The notes beneath the pieces were generated by a model that was given only the letters and a program-made list of their open reading frames with translations, did not search any database and was not told the DNA's origin. From Escherichia phage FL12, in the sequence record PP400786: a stretch of DNA of 64,000 nucleotides; one strand, written 5' to 3'. Below, one piece after another: positions 41,297 through 51,228 of the stretch (its first letter is position 1; every line of letters starts with the position of its first letter). Both the position numbers and the translations under genes were made by a program.

Positions 41297-41579
41297 TCAT
41301 ATCCTCAATCTGCGATCTAGTAGTCTTCCAAAGAATACTAATGAGTTCATCGTTATATGGCTGTTTTAGAATATCCCGACTTTTCTTGATAGCATATTCG
41401 TATTGAGCAAAATTATTATTTTCAGCTGCAATCTGAGCGTGCTTATAAAGACGATTCAGTTCGCGTTTGTTTTTAGACAATAACTTATTTGCTTTTCTTT
41501 CTGCTTCAAGACGGTTCTTTTCTTCAATAGAAGAAATAAGCTTTTCCACTTCATCATTAATTTCGGGTTTATCAGTCAT
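41262..41579 (-). CDS. hypothetical coiled-coil protein
   Basis: 105 aa. Confidence 0.45.
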   Translation of the reverse strand: MTDKPEINDEVEKLISSIEEKNRLEAERKANKLLSKNKRELNRLYKHAQIAAENNNFAQYEYAIKKSRDILKQPYNDELISILWKTTRSQIEDMIDAYTRKIQAS

Positions 41580-41580
41580 A

Positions 41581-41799
41581 TTATTTCTCTAATATAAAAT
41601 AAAAATCATCATCTGTTAATTGATACCGATAGTTTAATTCTACACCATTAGATTTAAAAGCGGTATCATACGGATTTTCTGGATCAATATCAATGTCAAG
41701 AGCTAAAACTTCCCTGAGATACATTTTAAGTAAATAGGGAATAGCTTCAACTTCAGGTATTTCTTCCAAGAATCCGGAGAGGTTAATCGTTAGCCTCAT
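41581..41799 (-). CDS. hypothetical small acidic protein
   Basis: 72 aa. Confidence 0.45.
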   Translation of the reverse strand: MRLTINLSGFLEEIPEVEAIPYLLKMYLREVLALDIDIDPENPYDTAFKSNGVELNYRYQLTDDDFYFILEK

Positions 41800-42346
41800 A
41801 TAAAAAATCCAAACTAGGAGAATCGTCTACAACACTTTTCTTTTCAGCCCCCGGTGTTCTATAGGTTGATTCTTCGTAATGCGTCATTTTATCGTAGATG
41901 TCTTGAATAAAAGTTTCATCTACTAACGCAACCATATCGTCGTCACGACTGTCATAGACATTGTGAACGAAGTAACTATATTTCTTTGCAACTTCCTTAC
42001 GTTCTTTTTTAATACGTTGGACGAATGCATTAAAACAAGCTTGAGTTATATACGCATGTGGGTTTTTATATTTCGTTTCATCAAAATTGTGAAGCCCCTT
42101 AATAGAAGCTTCTATACCATCTGCAATCATTTCTTGTTTCCAAGACTGGGTGTATCCTGAAAAGTTGAAACGTTTAGATAAGCCTTCTGCAATAAGCATA
42201 ATGGCTAATCCGATAATATCATTTTGACGAACTACTTTATTTGGGTCTTTATTATTTGCTAGTTCTGTTTTCCAATCAATAATAGCTTGTAAAAGCTCTT
42301 TATTGTTTACGTAATTATATTTAGGCTTAGTTTCTGACATTTTCAC
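41783..42346 (-). CDS. 55: late-transcription sigma factor gp55
   Basis: About 185 aa; N-terminus [24 protein letters not shown] matches remembered T4 gp55. Confidence 0.8.
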   Translation of the reverse strand: MKMSETKPKYNYVNNKELLQAIIDWKTELANNKDPNKVVRQNDIIGLAIMLIAEGLSKRFNFSGYTQSWKQEMIADGIEASIKGLHNFDETKYKNPHAYITQACFNAFVQRIKKERKEVAKKYSYFVHNVYDSRDDDMVALVDETFIQDIYDKMTHYEESTYRTPGAEKKSVVDDSPSLDFLYEAND

Positions 42347-42422
42347 CTCTTAGCTCAATTCATAGATCTATTATATCATAATATTTGAAGATCTATCTTA
42401 AAGCATAGAGGATGAATCAATT

Positions 42423-42638
42423 TCAAGAATTCATCAGCTTAGCCGCTCCAAGAGCTGCATCTAGTGAATCAAATTGGTCAACATATTCAATCAATTCGCC
42501 GTAATTAGCATATAACCACCATTGGCTAAATTCATACTCAAGGATGAATCCATTTCCTTCAATTTGAGTTAAACCACTGCCATTTGTATTTACTTCATAT
42601 CCGGCAAGACGCAAATCGTTAATAAGAGCTTCGTTCAT
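42423..42638 (-). CDS. hypothetical small protein
   Basis: 71 aa. Confidence 0.45.
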   Translation of the reverse strand: MNEALINDLRLAGYEVNTNGSGLTQIEGNGFILEYEFSQWWLYANYGELIEYVDQFDSLDAALGAAKLMNS

Positions 42639-42640
42639 AA

Positions 42641-42967
42641 TTATACCTTAGTAATTTTCAGGTCTGCAAATTTTTTCTTGCGTTGATTTTTCATGCGACG
42701 AATAGTTTTATCGGAAATTTCATGCTTTTGATAAGCTTTAGATTCTACACCAAAAGCTTTAACATCAAATTCTGACAAGATATATTGAACCAACAATTCA
42801 CGGACAGTATTGCGTCCAATCTTCTGATCATTCTGTTTCATCGTTTGATGAAGCTCTTTTTCCCATTTATCCAAACTTTGAGGAGTTACAATATCGCCTT
42901 TTTCTAGCAAAGAAACTACTTTATCATATGCGTAAGAATTAATGGCATTTTTAATTTGAATAGTCAT
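42641..42967 (-). CDS. hypothetical protein
   Basis: 108 aa. Confidence 0.45.
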   Translation of the reverse strand: MTIQIKNAINSYAYDKVVSLLEKGDIVTPQSLDKWEKELHQTMKQNDQKIGRNTVRELLVQYILSEFDVKAFGVESKAYQKHEISDKTIRRMKNQRKKKFADLKITKV

Positions 42968-43005
42968 ACATTATCCTCAATTACGTTAAAATTTTATTAT
43001 CCAAA

Positions 43006-43021
43006 AAGGGCCGAAGCCCTT
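43006..43021 (-). terminator. UUCG-tetraloop hairpin
   Basis: Minus strand AAGGGC-UUCG-GCCCUU followed by U-rich. Confidence 0.5.
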
Positions 43022-43023
43022 AG

Positions 43024-43221
43024 CTAAACTTTTTGGGCACCCTTCCAGCCTTCATACATCATTGCGGCTGATATTAATATTGCTCCTGAGCAACTCGAAT
43101 ATTTGTGATTCCAAAACCAGTTTAGAAAAACTTCATCATCAATACCTTGGGCTATCATATTTTCAAAGAACTGACGACGAGATTCGGCAATTCGCTGTGA
43201 TAATTTAGATTCAGGATTCAT
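43024..43221 (-). CDS. hypothetical small protein
   Basis: 65 aa. Confidence 0.4.
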   Translation of the reverse strand: MNPESKLSQRIAESRRQFFENMIAQGIDDEVFLNWFWNHKYSSCSGAILISAAMMYEGWKGAQKV

Positions 43222-43440
43222 TTAAATTTCCCACCAATTGCCATTTTCATCAATAAATTTAATCCAGTCATTTACTGACCACTTGGTCGTATCGCCTTTT
43301 GGAGTAACATTTAAAGTATATAGTCCTTGTTTAAAAAGCATTCGTTTGATATTCATATTTTCCTCAGCTGTAACGATAGCACTCGTTTGATTTACGTTTA
43401 GCAACTCGTTGAGAAGTATTATAATCAAAATCATCGTCAA
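43222..43440 (-). CDS. hypothetical small protein
   Basis: 72 aa. Confidence 0.4.
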   Translation of the reverse strand: MTMILIIILLNELLNVNQTSAIVTAEENMNIKRMLFKQGLYTLNVTPKGDTTKWSVNDWIKFIDENGNWWEI

Positions 43441-43657
43441 TGTAAACTGATTTTTTCAACTTTCTTACTTCACCGCGTAATTGGCGATTTAGCTCATCTT
43501 TAACTTCTGAATCAATACCTTTCATTCTACGCCATTTATCTGAGCGAAAAATGTTTTCAACCATATCTTTATGACTTACACCGTCTGGAGCTTTACGCTT
43601 TCCGAAATAGTCATAATCACGCACTTTTAAGTCTTTACGACGATACGTTTTACCCAT
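43364..43657 (-). CDS. hypothetical basic protein (start trimmed to MGKTYRRKDL...)
   Basis: Highly basic about 97 aa. Confidence 0.4.
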   Translation of the reverse strand: MGKTYRRKDLKVRDYDYFGKRKAPDGVSHKDMVENIFRSDKWRRMKGIDSEVKDELNRQLRGEVRKLKKSVYIDDDFDYNTSQRVAKRKSNECYRYS

Positions 43658-43965
43658 GGAGTTTAATTTCCTTAGCAACTGAACTAAATACAGCACGATC
43701 ACAAATCATACGTTTGTTCCATTTAATCACAGTATAATGAACATCTAGATCATCGACTGCTGTAACAATAACGATATGTCCGTTAACACGATAGTACTGG
43801 TCAATTTTAATCTCTTTATCAACCATATCAATTCCTCAAAGGTAATTCATATGTTAATAATACCATGGTTTGAACTTGTTGTAAACAACTTTGTGAAAAA
43901 TATTTTAGGGAATGATAAGAAAGGAACGATAGCTTAGAATGGTAATATACAGAATGTGAGAAAGA

Positions 43966-43980
43966 AAGGCCCAGAGGGCC
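43966..43980 (-). terminator. hairpin after nrdH
   Basis: GGCCC-AGA-GGGCC. Confidence 0.4.
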
Positions 43981-43984
43981 CGTC

Positions 43985-44293
43985 TTAGTCTTCTATGATA
44001 TCTCTATCATATCCAAGTGAAATGAGAGTTTCTTTGAAGTGTTTAATGTTCTTTTGTCTAGAATCATTAATGAAAATGACTGGATAACGAATGTTAAGAG
44101 ATGTGAATCCAGCGCGTTTAGCAAGAGATACAATCAGTGGACGATCATACTCAATCTTACCATTATTTGTAAGAACTTTATAGAAAGTAAAAGGAGCATT
44201 GAGCTCCTTTAGAAGTTTTGTAACTAATTGACATCCAGGACAACGACCTACTTCATCTGGAATTCCATAGACTTCAATCTTATTTTGTTTCAC
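43985..44293 (-). CDS. nrdH: glutaredoxin-like NrdH
   Basis: 102 aa; CPGC redox motif near N-terminus; adjacent to nrdG/nrdD. Confidence 0.55.
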   Translation of the reverse strand: MKQNKIEVYGIPDEVGRCPGCQLVTKLLKELNAPFTFYKVLTNNGKIEYDRPLIVSLAKRAGFTSLNIRYPVIFINDSRQKNIKHFKETLISLGYDRDIIED

Positions 44294-44295
44294 AA

Positions 44296-44532
44296 CTATT
44301 CCTTACTAAGAGCAGCATTCAGCTTGTTAGTAATTTTATCCAGACGCTCATTGAACTCACTAGAAGATAGTCCTTTTTCTGGAGAAATCAAACTAATCAC
44401 GAAAAATATAGCAATAAAAGGAATAAGGAAAATAGCTCCAACTGCCATAAACAAAAAGAATGTTACGGTTGTAAGAAAATCAGCTAAACCTTTACGAAAT
44501 TTATACATATTTACCCTTAATTGATTAACCAA
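44296..44532 (-). CDS. small membrane protein
   Basis: 78 aa with one TM helix. Confidence 0.45.
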   Translation of the reverse strand: MVNQLRVNMYKFRKGLADFLTTVTFFLFMAVGAIFLIPFIAIFFVISLISPEKGLSSSEFNERLDKITNKLNAALSKE

Positions 44533-44622
44533 GCATTGATAAGCACTAAACTATATTGCGAATAAAATTCTGGACCAAAATGAAAAATCATATCATTTAT
44601 AGTGTCCATAATATAATTCAAT

Positions 44623-45093
44623 TTAATCATGTTTCCACACCCCATCGGTATTTGACCAAAGTCGCTGATTATCTGATCCTCGCCACAGCTTTTTGGTCGG
44701 AAGATTTTTCTCATACTTCCCATCAATAATAACATCAACATATTTAAGCATTTCTAGTTGTTTAATATCTTCAAATTTATATCCTGTCCACAACCAAATG
44801 CTTTTATTGGGATAAAGATTTTTTACTGTTTGAACAATGCAATGAACAACATCTCGGTTATCAGGATAGAGAGGGTCTCCTCCAGTTATAGTTAATCCTT
44901 CTATATAATCATTATTCAAACATTCAATTAATTGTTCTAGTGTTTCACCAGTGAATGGAACGCCATTTCTAGCGTTCCATGTTGATTTATTATAACACCC
45001 TTCACATTTATGCAAACAACCTGTAACGAAAAGAACGACCCTGCATCCAGGGCCATTCACAAAATCGCAAGGATAAAATCTATCATAATTCAT
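44623..45093 (-). CDS. nrdG: anaerobic ribonucleotide reductase activase NrdG (radical SAM)
   Basis: 156 aa as T4 NrdG; Cys cluster CLHKCEGC. Confidence 0.85.
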   Translation of the reverse strand: MNYDRFYPCDFVNGPGCRVVLFVTGCLHKCEGCYNKSTWNARNGVPFTGETLEQLIECLNNDYIEGLTITGGDPLYPDNRDVVHCIVQTVKNLYPNKSIWLWTGYKFEDIKQLEMLKYVDVIIDGKYEKNLPTKKLWRGSDNQRLWSNTDGVWKHD

Positions 45094-46907
45094 TGGTGTT
45101 TAACCCTATGCATGATTTCTTTATTTTTGCCGAGATTAAATCCACGTTCGTTCGGATTTCCCAAATAACCACAAGTTCTTCTTATTGTGTTCATCTTTTT
45201 AGGATCAGTTTCTCCACAAATAGAACAAACAAACCCGTTTTCAGTAGGAGTCATTTCATGGGTACTTCCACACGTAAAACATTTATCTACTGGCATGTTA
45301 ACACCAAAATAATCTAAATGTTGTGCAGCATAATCCCATACAGCCTCAAGACCTTTTAGGTTATTTTTCATATCAGGAAGTTCAACATAAGAAATGTGAC
45401 CGCCTGTCGCAATGAAATGATATGGGGCTTCGCGAGAAATCTTTTCAAACGGAGTAATATTTTCTTCTACTGAAACGTGGAAACTGTTAGTGTACCAGCC
45501 TTTATCAGTAACATCCTTTACACTTCCATATTTCTCAGTATCAAGTTTACAGAAGCGATAACAAAGGTTTTCAGCAGGTGTAGAATACAAGCTAAAAGCA
45601 AAACCAGTTCTTTCAGTCCACTGCTTAAGACGAGCATTCATTTTAGTTAAAATTTCCTGTCCAATATCACGACCGACAAGAATATTCAATTCGTGAATAC
45701 CAATGTATCCTAAGGACACTGAACTTCTACCGTTTTTAAATAACTCAATTATATCATCATCGGGTTTAAGACGAACCCCGAATGCACCTTCTTGGTAAAG
45801 AATAGGAGCAACAGTAGCTTTAACTCCTTTTAATGAACTAATTCTACACATCAATGCTTCAAAACACAAATCCATTCGTTCATTGAACAATTCGGCAAAT
45901 TTCTGTTCATTGAACTGTGTTCCAATATAAGAATCTAATGCAATACGAGGAAGATTCAGTGTTACAACGCCAAGATTATTACGTCCATCAAGAATTTCAT
46001 TACCAGTCGAATCTTTCCATACGCTCAAGAAACTGCGGCAACCCATTGGAGAAACAGGAATAGATGAACCTGTGATAGCTTTATTGTTCTTAGCTGAAAT
46101 AATATCAGGATACATTCTTTTGCTTGCACACTCTAGAGCAAGCTGCTTAATATCATAGTTCGGATCGTCTTTATAAAGATTAACACCTTCTTCAACGAAC
46201 ATAACAAGCTTAGGGAAAATAGGAGTTATCCCATCGCGACCAAGGCCTTTAATACGATTTTTCAGAATTGCTTTCTGAATCATTCGTTCAGTCCAGTCAG
46301 TTCCCGTGCCAAATGTAATTGTTACAAAAGGCGTTTGTCCATTTGAACTAAAGAGAGTATTTACTTCATATTCATAAGCTTGGAACGCATCGTATACGTC
46401 TTTTTCTGTTTTAGATTGGGCATAATTCAACGCATCAGCGATTTGCCATTTTTCTGCATCCTCAATATGTTTTGCATAGGTGCGTTTAACATAAGGAGAA
46501 AGGACTTTGTCTACATTTGCAAAAGTCGTTCCACCGTATTGATGGGAAGCAACCTGTGCAGTAATTTGTGCCATAATTGCAGTAGCAACACCGATTGATT
46601 TAGGAGTTTCAATCTGTGCATTACCGAGCTTAAATCCGTTCTCAAGCATTCCTTTTAAATCTACTAAACAGCAATTAGTAAATGGAAGAGCAGGGGAATA
46701 ATCAATATCATGGAAATGAATAATTCCGCTTTCATGCGCTTTCATAATAAAAGACGGGACCATATTTTTGGCAATGTGTTTAGACACAATACCAGCCATA
46801 AGGTCCCGTTGAGTTGGAAAAACACGAGAATCTTTATTAGCATTCTCGTTCAAAAGGTCTTTATTAGTTTTATGAATCAATCCTTCAATTTCTTTTTCAA
46901 TTGTCAT
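45090..46907 (-). CDS. nrdD: anaerobic ribonucleoside-triphosphate reductase NrdD (glycyl radical enzyme)
   Basis: 605 aa as T4 NrdD; C-terminal Zn-ribbon cysteines and glycyl-radical motif RTCGYLG; uninterrupted. Confidence 0.9.
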   Translation of the reverse strand: MTIEKEIEGLIHKTNKDLLNENANKDSRVFPTQRDLMAGIVSKHIAKNMVPSFIMKAHESGIIHFHDIDYSPALPFTNCCLVDLKGMLENGFKLGNAQIETPKSIGVATAIMAQITAQVASHQYGGTTFANVDKVLSPYVKRTYAKHIEDAEKWQIADALNYAQSKTEKDVYDAFQAYEYEVNTLFSSNGQTPFVTITFGTGTDWTERMIQKAILKNRIKGLGRDGITPIFPKLVMFVEEGVNLYKDDPNYDIKQLALECASKRMYPDIISAKNNKAITGSSIPVSPMGCRSFLSVWKDSTGNEILDGRNNLGVVTLNLPRIALDSYIGTQFNEQKFAELFNERMDLCFEALMCRISSLKGVKATVAPILYQEGAFGVRLKPDDDIIELFKNGRSSVSLGYIGIHELNILVGRDIGQEILTKMNARLKQWTERTGFAFSLYSTPAENLCYRFCKLDTEKYGSVKDVTDKGWYTNSFHVSVEENITPFEKISREAPYHFIATGGHISYVELPDMKNNLKGLEAVWDYAAQHLDYFGVNMPVDKCFTCGSTHEMTPTENGFVCSICGETDPKKMNTIRRTCGYLGNPNERGFNLGKNKEIMHRVKHQ

Positions 46908-47377
46908 TTTAAACTCTTTCTAAGCTGCTTCTTAAATGAAGCTATTAATTGTGTTTTAGTGTCAGATTCATTATATTCAAATCCTCTTTGAAGCATCTCA
47001 GCCATCATTTCCTCTTTTCCTAAACGAGAAAATTCCTTTGATTTATCTCCAACGAAGTTAGGGTGAATATTATTTTGGGTGTAATCGGATTTTAAATAAG
47101 TAAGTAAATTTTCTAACCATTCAAGATAATCAACACCCTGTCCCTTTAAGCCAGAACGATTAAATTTATGCTTCATTTGACCTTCTGCGGCATTGCATAG
47201 ATTACAAAGCAATCCACGTACCTTTCCTGCTTTTGGTCCATTTAATTCATGGTCATGGTCGAGGTGATTAGCTTGAACGTCAGGATTTAGTTCTCGTTGG
47301 CAAATTAAACATTTACCGTTTTGTGCATCATAAAATTTCTGTTTTTCTTCTTTATATAATTTGCCAGTCAATAACAT
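46904..47377 (-). CDS. 49: endonuclease VII gp49 (Holliday junction resolvase)
   Basis: 157 aa as T4 gp49; CxxC plus HLDHDH plus RGLLCxxCN motifs. Confidence 0.85.
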   Translation of the reverse strand: MLLTGKLYKEEKQKFYDAQNGKCLICQRELNPDVQANHLDHDHELNGPKAGKVRGLLCNLCNAAEGQMKHKFNRSGLKGQGVDYLEWLENLLTYLKSDYTQNNIHPNFVGDKSKEFSRLGKEEMMAEMLQRGFEYNESDTKTQLIASFKKQLRKSLK

Positions 47378-47418
47378 AATAAACCCTTACCTTAAATAGA
47401 TAAGGGTATTTATTATTT

Positions 47419-47904
47419 TCAAGTATTGTAAAACATTTGATTCAATCGCTTATATTGCCGAATCTTTTGGTCAGAAAAAGAAATTTGAGTTTCAAGCCAT
47501 TCAATGTACTCTGCGGCAGCTTGCATCAAATTTCCTTCATAGCCATCGTTATTTTCTTGTGCAGCTAATTTAGCTAATGCGTATGAAATACGTTCACCTT
47601 GAAAATCGGCTTTAGGCTTCTGAACAACTTGATTAGTTCGCTCTACAACTTCTTCAATTTCGCCGTTTTCGACTGATTCAGTATTCCATAAGCACCAATA
47701 CGTAATTGGCTTATCGTAGATGTTAATAATCTTTCCATCAGAAAGTTCAATTTCAATAATTCCAGTATCAGGTTCTATATCATCTTCGCATTCTTTTGCA
47801 AGTTCACGAACTTTAAAGACAGTACCTGCACTAAGTTCCGGCCAGTAATTACATAGCCCTGTATCAGCACGATTAATTCTAAACCACTTATCTACTGTAA
47901 TCAT
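47419..47904 (-). CDS. hypothetical protein (pin position)
   Basis: About 161 aa from MITVDKWFRIN. Confidence 0.45.
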   Translation of the reverse strand: MITVDKWFRINRADTGLCNYWPELSAGTVFKVRELAKECEDDIEPDTGIIEIELSDGKIINIYDKPITYWCLWNTESVENGEIEEVVERTNQVVQKPKADFQGERISYALAKLAAQENNDGYEGNLMQAAAEYIEWLETQISFSDQKIRQYKRLNQMFYNT

Positions 47905-48026
47905 GTCCCATCTCCATATCAATTAAGTCATTTATCGTTGGTTCATTATATACTGTTTCTTCATCAGTGTAAACCGGTTCTTCCGGCTCTGGCTCTACAG
48001 TTTCCCATCTAACCGCCCACCAGGGT

Positions 48027-48236
48027 TTAACCCCGAAGCTTATTAAGTTCTTCATAATCAATCCAGGATTCTAGTCCTGATGGCAAATCAGATTCAATTT
48101 CCCAAAGAAGCTCTTCAATTTTCTGAAGACGATCTAGTTCTTCGGCTGGAATAGTAACCATTGACGGAGTTCTTGATACACTAATATCGTAAATCATATT
48201 TATCCCAGTTTGACCATACAATCGCCGTATTTCCAC
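48027..48236 (-). CDS. hypothetical small protein
   Basis: 69 aa. Confidence 0.4.
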   Translation of the reverse strand: MEIRRLYGQTGINMIYDISVSRTPSMVTIPAEELDRLQKIEELLWEIESDLPSGLESWIDYEELNKLRG

Positions 48237-48415
48237 TTAGAAATAGACTTTTCACCATTAGAATAATAAACTTCAAGTTTAGCACGATTATTTTTAATTT
48301 GAATAACCTTTGCTGTCATCAAAGTTCCATACCCATAATAAACTGCAACTTCATCACCTACATATACCGCGCTTCCGCGGTAATCGTGAATATAGTCAGT
48401 TCCTTCGAGCATCAT
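48200..48415 (-). CDS. hypothetical small protein
   Basis: 71 aa. Confidence 0.4.
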   Translation of the reverse strand: MMLEGTDYIHDYRGSAVYVGDEVAVYYGYGTLMTAKVIQIKNNRAKLEVYYSNGEKSISKWKYGDCMVKLG

Positions 48416-48675
48416 TTAAAATATTCTCGCAGTTGGTCAAATCCACCAATATAACTTTCATCAGGAGCAAATACCTGAGGCATTGTCAAGCCGATTTGAG
48501 TATCACGACCTAATTTAGTCAGAAGCTCAGCGATTTTCTCATCATCAAAAACACCTTTTTCCGGCATAATGTTGATAAATTCAAACGGCTGTTTCTTCAC
48601 GGTCAAAAGACGTTTTGCATTATCGCAATACACACATTTATGAATGTTGCTATCATAACCATATACTTTAAACAT
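48412..48675 (-). CDS. nrdC: thioredoxin/glutaredoxin NrdC
   Basis: 87 aa as T4 NrdC; CVYC active site. Confidence 0.8.
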   Translation of the reverse strand: MFKVYGYDSNIHKCVYCDNAKRLLTVKKQPFEFINIMPEKGVFDDEKIAELLTKLGRDTQIGLTMPQVFAPDESYIGGFDQLREYFK

Positions 48676-48676
48676 A

Positions 48677-48919
48677 TTATTCCTTAATTCCTAGTACTTG
48701 TTTAAAAGTCTCGTCGTAATCAAGACTTTGGCCCGTTTGTTCTTTATGTTTGTATATAATATCACTTACTTCTGATAGCATATTTTTATATGAACGAGTT
48801 AAAGCAGATTTAAGCACGCTGTATCTATCAGGAAATTTACCGTGTTCATTATAATAAGCTATTGCTAATTCACGGACTGCCTTTTCAGCAGCCTCCATAT
48901 ATTCTTTACGCTTGGTCAT
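48677..48919 (-). CDS. hypothetical small protein (start trimmed)
   Basis: About 80 aa from [13 protein letters not shown]... Confidence 0.4.
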   Translation of the reverse strand: MTKRKEYMEAAEKAVRELAIAYYNEHGKFPDRYSVLKSALTRSYKNMLSEVSDIIYKHKEQTGQSLDYDETFKQVLGIKE

Positions 48920-49220
48920 TTTCTTCTCGGTCAAATCGGTGTTTACAATGGCGGCATTTATAACGAAGATTACTAGTCTGCCAATGGACCAATTGCACCT
49001 GTTCAGTTCCACATTCAGGGCAATTAGGAACGTTTTTAGAAGCACGTTCGCGGCGTTCAACCATGACCATTACAGAATCCCAATTAACAGGAGGGCTATA
49101 ATCATCACAACCATGAATCTTTCCACGCATTTCTAGATCGTCTTCTTCACCAGCCATAATAATTTTAATTAAACTGGAATTACTTGAAGCTGCAATGTCT
49201 TCTAATAGACGCTTTTTCAT
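48906..49220 (-). CDS. zinc-ribbon protein
   Basis: 104 aa; CPEC...CRHC. Confidence 0.5.
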   Translation of the reverse strand: MKKRLLEDIAASSNSSLIKIIMAGEEDDLEMRGKIHGCDDYSPPVNWDSVMVMVERRERASKNVPNCPECGTEQVQLVHWQTSNLRYKCRHCKHRFDREENDQA

Positions 49221-49262
49221 TTCAATACCTCAATAGCATTACGTAAACCATTTGCTTTTGCA

Positions 49263-49895
49263 TTAAGAGCTTTTAACAATTTGGTGTGTTCTGCAATTTG
49301 GGGCTTCAACTTCAATCAAACGAGCATTGAGATATTCGCGTTCTTCTTTCATAGTATCATTCCCATGATTGGGTTTTGGTGCAGATTTAAATTCACTAGG
49401 GTCCTTTAATTTAATAACAAATTTAGTTTCAAACAGTGAAAGACCATAATTCGTATTATCATCAAAGGATTTGACTACATCCATATCAGATAATAACACG
49501 CGCAAATTATAAGCCAAAGAACTAATAGTTTCATTGTGTTTATTAGCTTCGCGTGGTTTCATATACGGAAGATTTTTATATATCTCGTGCGGAGCACAAA
49601 TGATAATTGACAATTCAAATTGTCCATTCTGGGACGATGGAGTGAATTTAGCCGTAACCCAGTCTTTTACATTCACATTAATAGTACGGTTATCACCATG
49701 ACAAAACAGTCTACGAGAATGCTTAAAAAGCATATTCACGTTATTATTGAATTCGTGTGAAAATTCACTAGCAAATTTTTCTTTACTACATTTAGAAAGC
49801 CATTCTTCTGAATAAGTTCTTTTCACGTCGTTAATAATATTAAATGTAACAACACTAGCATTTGATACATTAGTCTCAATGTAGCTTGGATACAT
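49263..49895 (-). CDS. hypothetical protein
   Basis: 210 aa ORF. Confidence 0.5.
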   Translation of the reverse strand: MYPSYIETNVSNASVVTFNIINDVKRTYSEEWLSKCSKEKFASEFSHEFNNNVNMLFKHSRRLFCHGDNRTINVNVKDWVTAKFTPSSQNGQFELSIIICAPHEIYKNLPYMKPREANKHNETISSLAYNLRVLLSDMDVVKSFDDNTNYGLSLFETKFVIKLKDPSEFKSAPKPNHGNDTMKEEREYLNARLIEVEAPNCRTHQIVKSS

Positions 49896-50140
49896 AAATT
49901 TTTAACATTATTAACAGCTATTATAGAAGATAGTAATCGGGAACGTTTGAACCACTCGAGCAAAGAACCAAGAGAATGTGAATACGCATTTTGTGTATCT
50001 TTACAAATATGGTTTTCCCATCCAATATAGTCTAAAAAATCACGAAGAATATTATTGATTACTGCTCTGTGTCCTATCTGATAATTACGGTGTTTAGTAA
50101 TAAGACTGTCAAAATAATCAATATAATGTTTACGAGTCAT
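49823..50140 (-). CDS. hypothetical protein (start trimmed to ATG after GAGGAG RBS)
   Basis: ORF-track start at 50191 lies inside the early promoter; about 105 aa; 3' end overlaps next ORF by about 73 nt. Confidence 0.4.
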   Translation of the reverse strand: MTRKHYIDYFDSLITKHRNYQIGHRAVINNILRDFLDYIGWENHICKDTQNAYSHSLGSLLEWFKRSRLLSSIIAVNNVKNLCIQATLRLMYQMLVLLHLILLTT

Positions 50141-50167
50141 AATAATCTCCTCAGTAGAAAATAAGAA

Positions 50168-50199
50168 CATTATACCACATCCTTGTGGCAAAGTAAACT
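50168..50199 (-). promoter_or_regulatory. T4-type early promoter
   Basis: Minus strand GTTTACTTTGCCACAAGGATGTGGTATAAT. Confidence 0.5.
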
Positions 50200-51220
50200 A
50201 GTTCAGTGCATTTAGTGCATTGTTCAGTTTAGAACGTTGCTTCGTGAGATTTTTGACTTTTTCTTGTGCTTTTTCTAGCATCTTTTCAGCTTCTAACACT
50301 TCATTGGTCGCTTTAATGAGTTCAGCATCTACTGCCTTAAGAGACTTCTCAATCGCATCCGCGTGCCATTTTTCTACAGGTTTAAAATTTGAATTTTCAG
50401 TAGGAAGAAAACTCACTTTATTAAGTTTACATGCATCTATATTGCTTGAGCTATACATCCAAAATTTAGGATCGTTTGATGAGTAATTAGATGAATTTAA
50501 GGTATCTTGCACTTCCTGCTTTTTCTCTTGCGGGACTTCATCTTTTCTCAAAAATTCATATTTAAATGAAACGATCATATCAAGTTCATATGATGTTGTA
50601 TCTAACTTAAATCGTTCAAAACGAGGTAAAATCTTAGATTGAACAGCAGCAACAACATCCATATACTTAAATGCTTCTGTCAACTGCGATTTAAGGCATT
50701 CGCAAATTGAAAGAGAATTTTTTGTATTAGGTTTAAAGCTAATTCGTGCAGTTCTATTATTTTCTTTTAATGGTCTTACTTCCATCTGAAGAGTATAACC
50801 ATCAAATTTCAGGTTCTTTAAGTTAATATCAGAACCTTTTAATCGACTCGCAGTTGATAAAATTTGCTTTAACTGTCTACGGAACAGAGCAATAAATCTC
50901 CATTCAATACGATAATGATTTGGATTGAAGAATCCAGATGATAAATCGACCTTACTTTGACCAACGCCTTGAACAAATAGAGGATTTTTATAATCAATAG
51001 TTTTACAGAAATCGGTGAGCTGCTCACGAGCCGTCATTTGTGTGATATACCCTGCTTCATTAAAATTACGCACCCATTCACTGCTGTTCAGATGTTTAAA
51101 GGCGTGAATGGAACAATTAACTTTATTAAGGTCTAAATTATTTTCACACAAAAATGTCATAACATCACGAGTATAACTGGCATTACGAACCATATCTTCA
51201 ATTTGAGAACGAGTTTTCAT
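50198..51220 (-). CDS. hypothetical protein with C-terminal coiled coil, tandem paralog 1
   Basis: 340 aa; heptad-rich C-terminus; internal similarity to 51229-52137. Confidence 0.55.
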   Translation of the reverse strand: MKTRSQIEDMVRNASYTRDVMTFLCENNLDLNKVNCSIHAFKHLNSSEWVRNFNEAGYITQMTAREQLTDFCKTIDYKNPLFVQGVGQSKVDLSSGFFNPNHYRIEWRFIALFRRQLKQILSTASRLKGSDINLKNLKFDGYTLQMEVRPLKENNRTARISFKPNTKNSLSICECLKSQLTEAFKYMDVVAAVQSKILPRFERFKLDTTSYELDMIVSFKYEFLRKDEVPQEKKQEVQDTLNSSNYSSNDPKFWMYSSSNIDACKLNKVSFLPTENSNFKPVEKWHADAIEKSLKAVDAELIKATNEVLEAEKMLEKAQEKVKNLTKQRSKLNNALNALN

Positions 51221-51228
51221 AGTGTTCC

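Noticed and set aside
45090-46907. Looked for a group I intron or homing-endonuclease insertion in nrdD, as in T4
   Set aside because: The 605-aa reading frame is continuous with both the N-terminal region and the glycyl-radical C-terminus; no interruption visible.
47880-48056. Alternative-frame 58-codon ORF spanning the junction between the 69-aa gene and the pin-position gene
   Set aside because: Overlaps both neighbours out of frame and has no clear RBS; cannot distinguish a frameshifted gene from chance.
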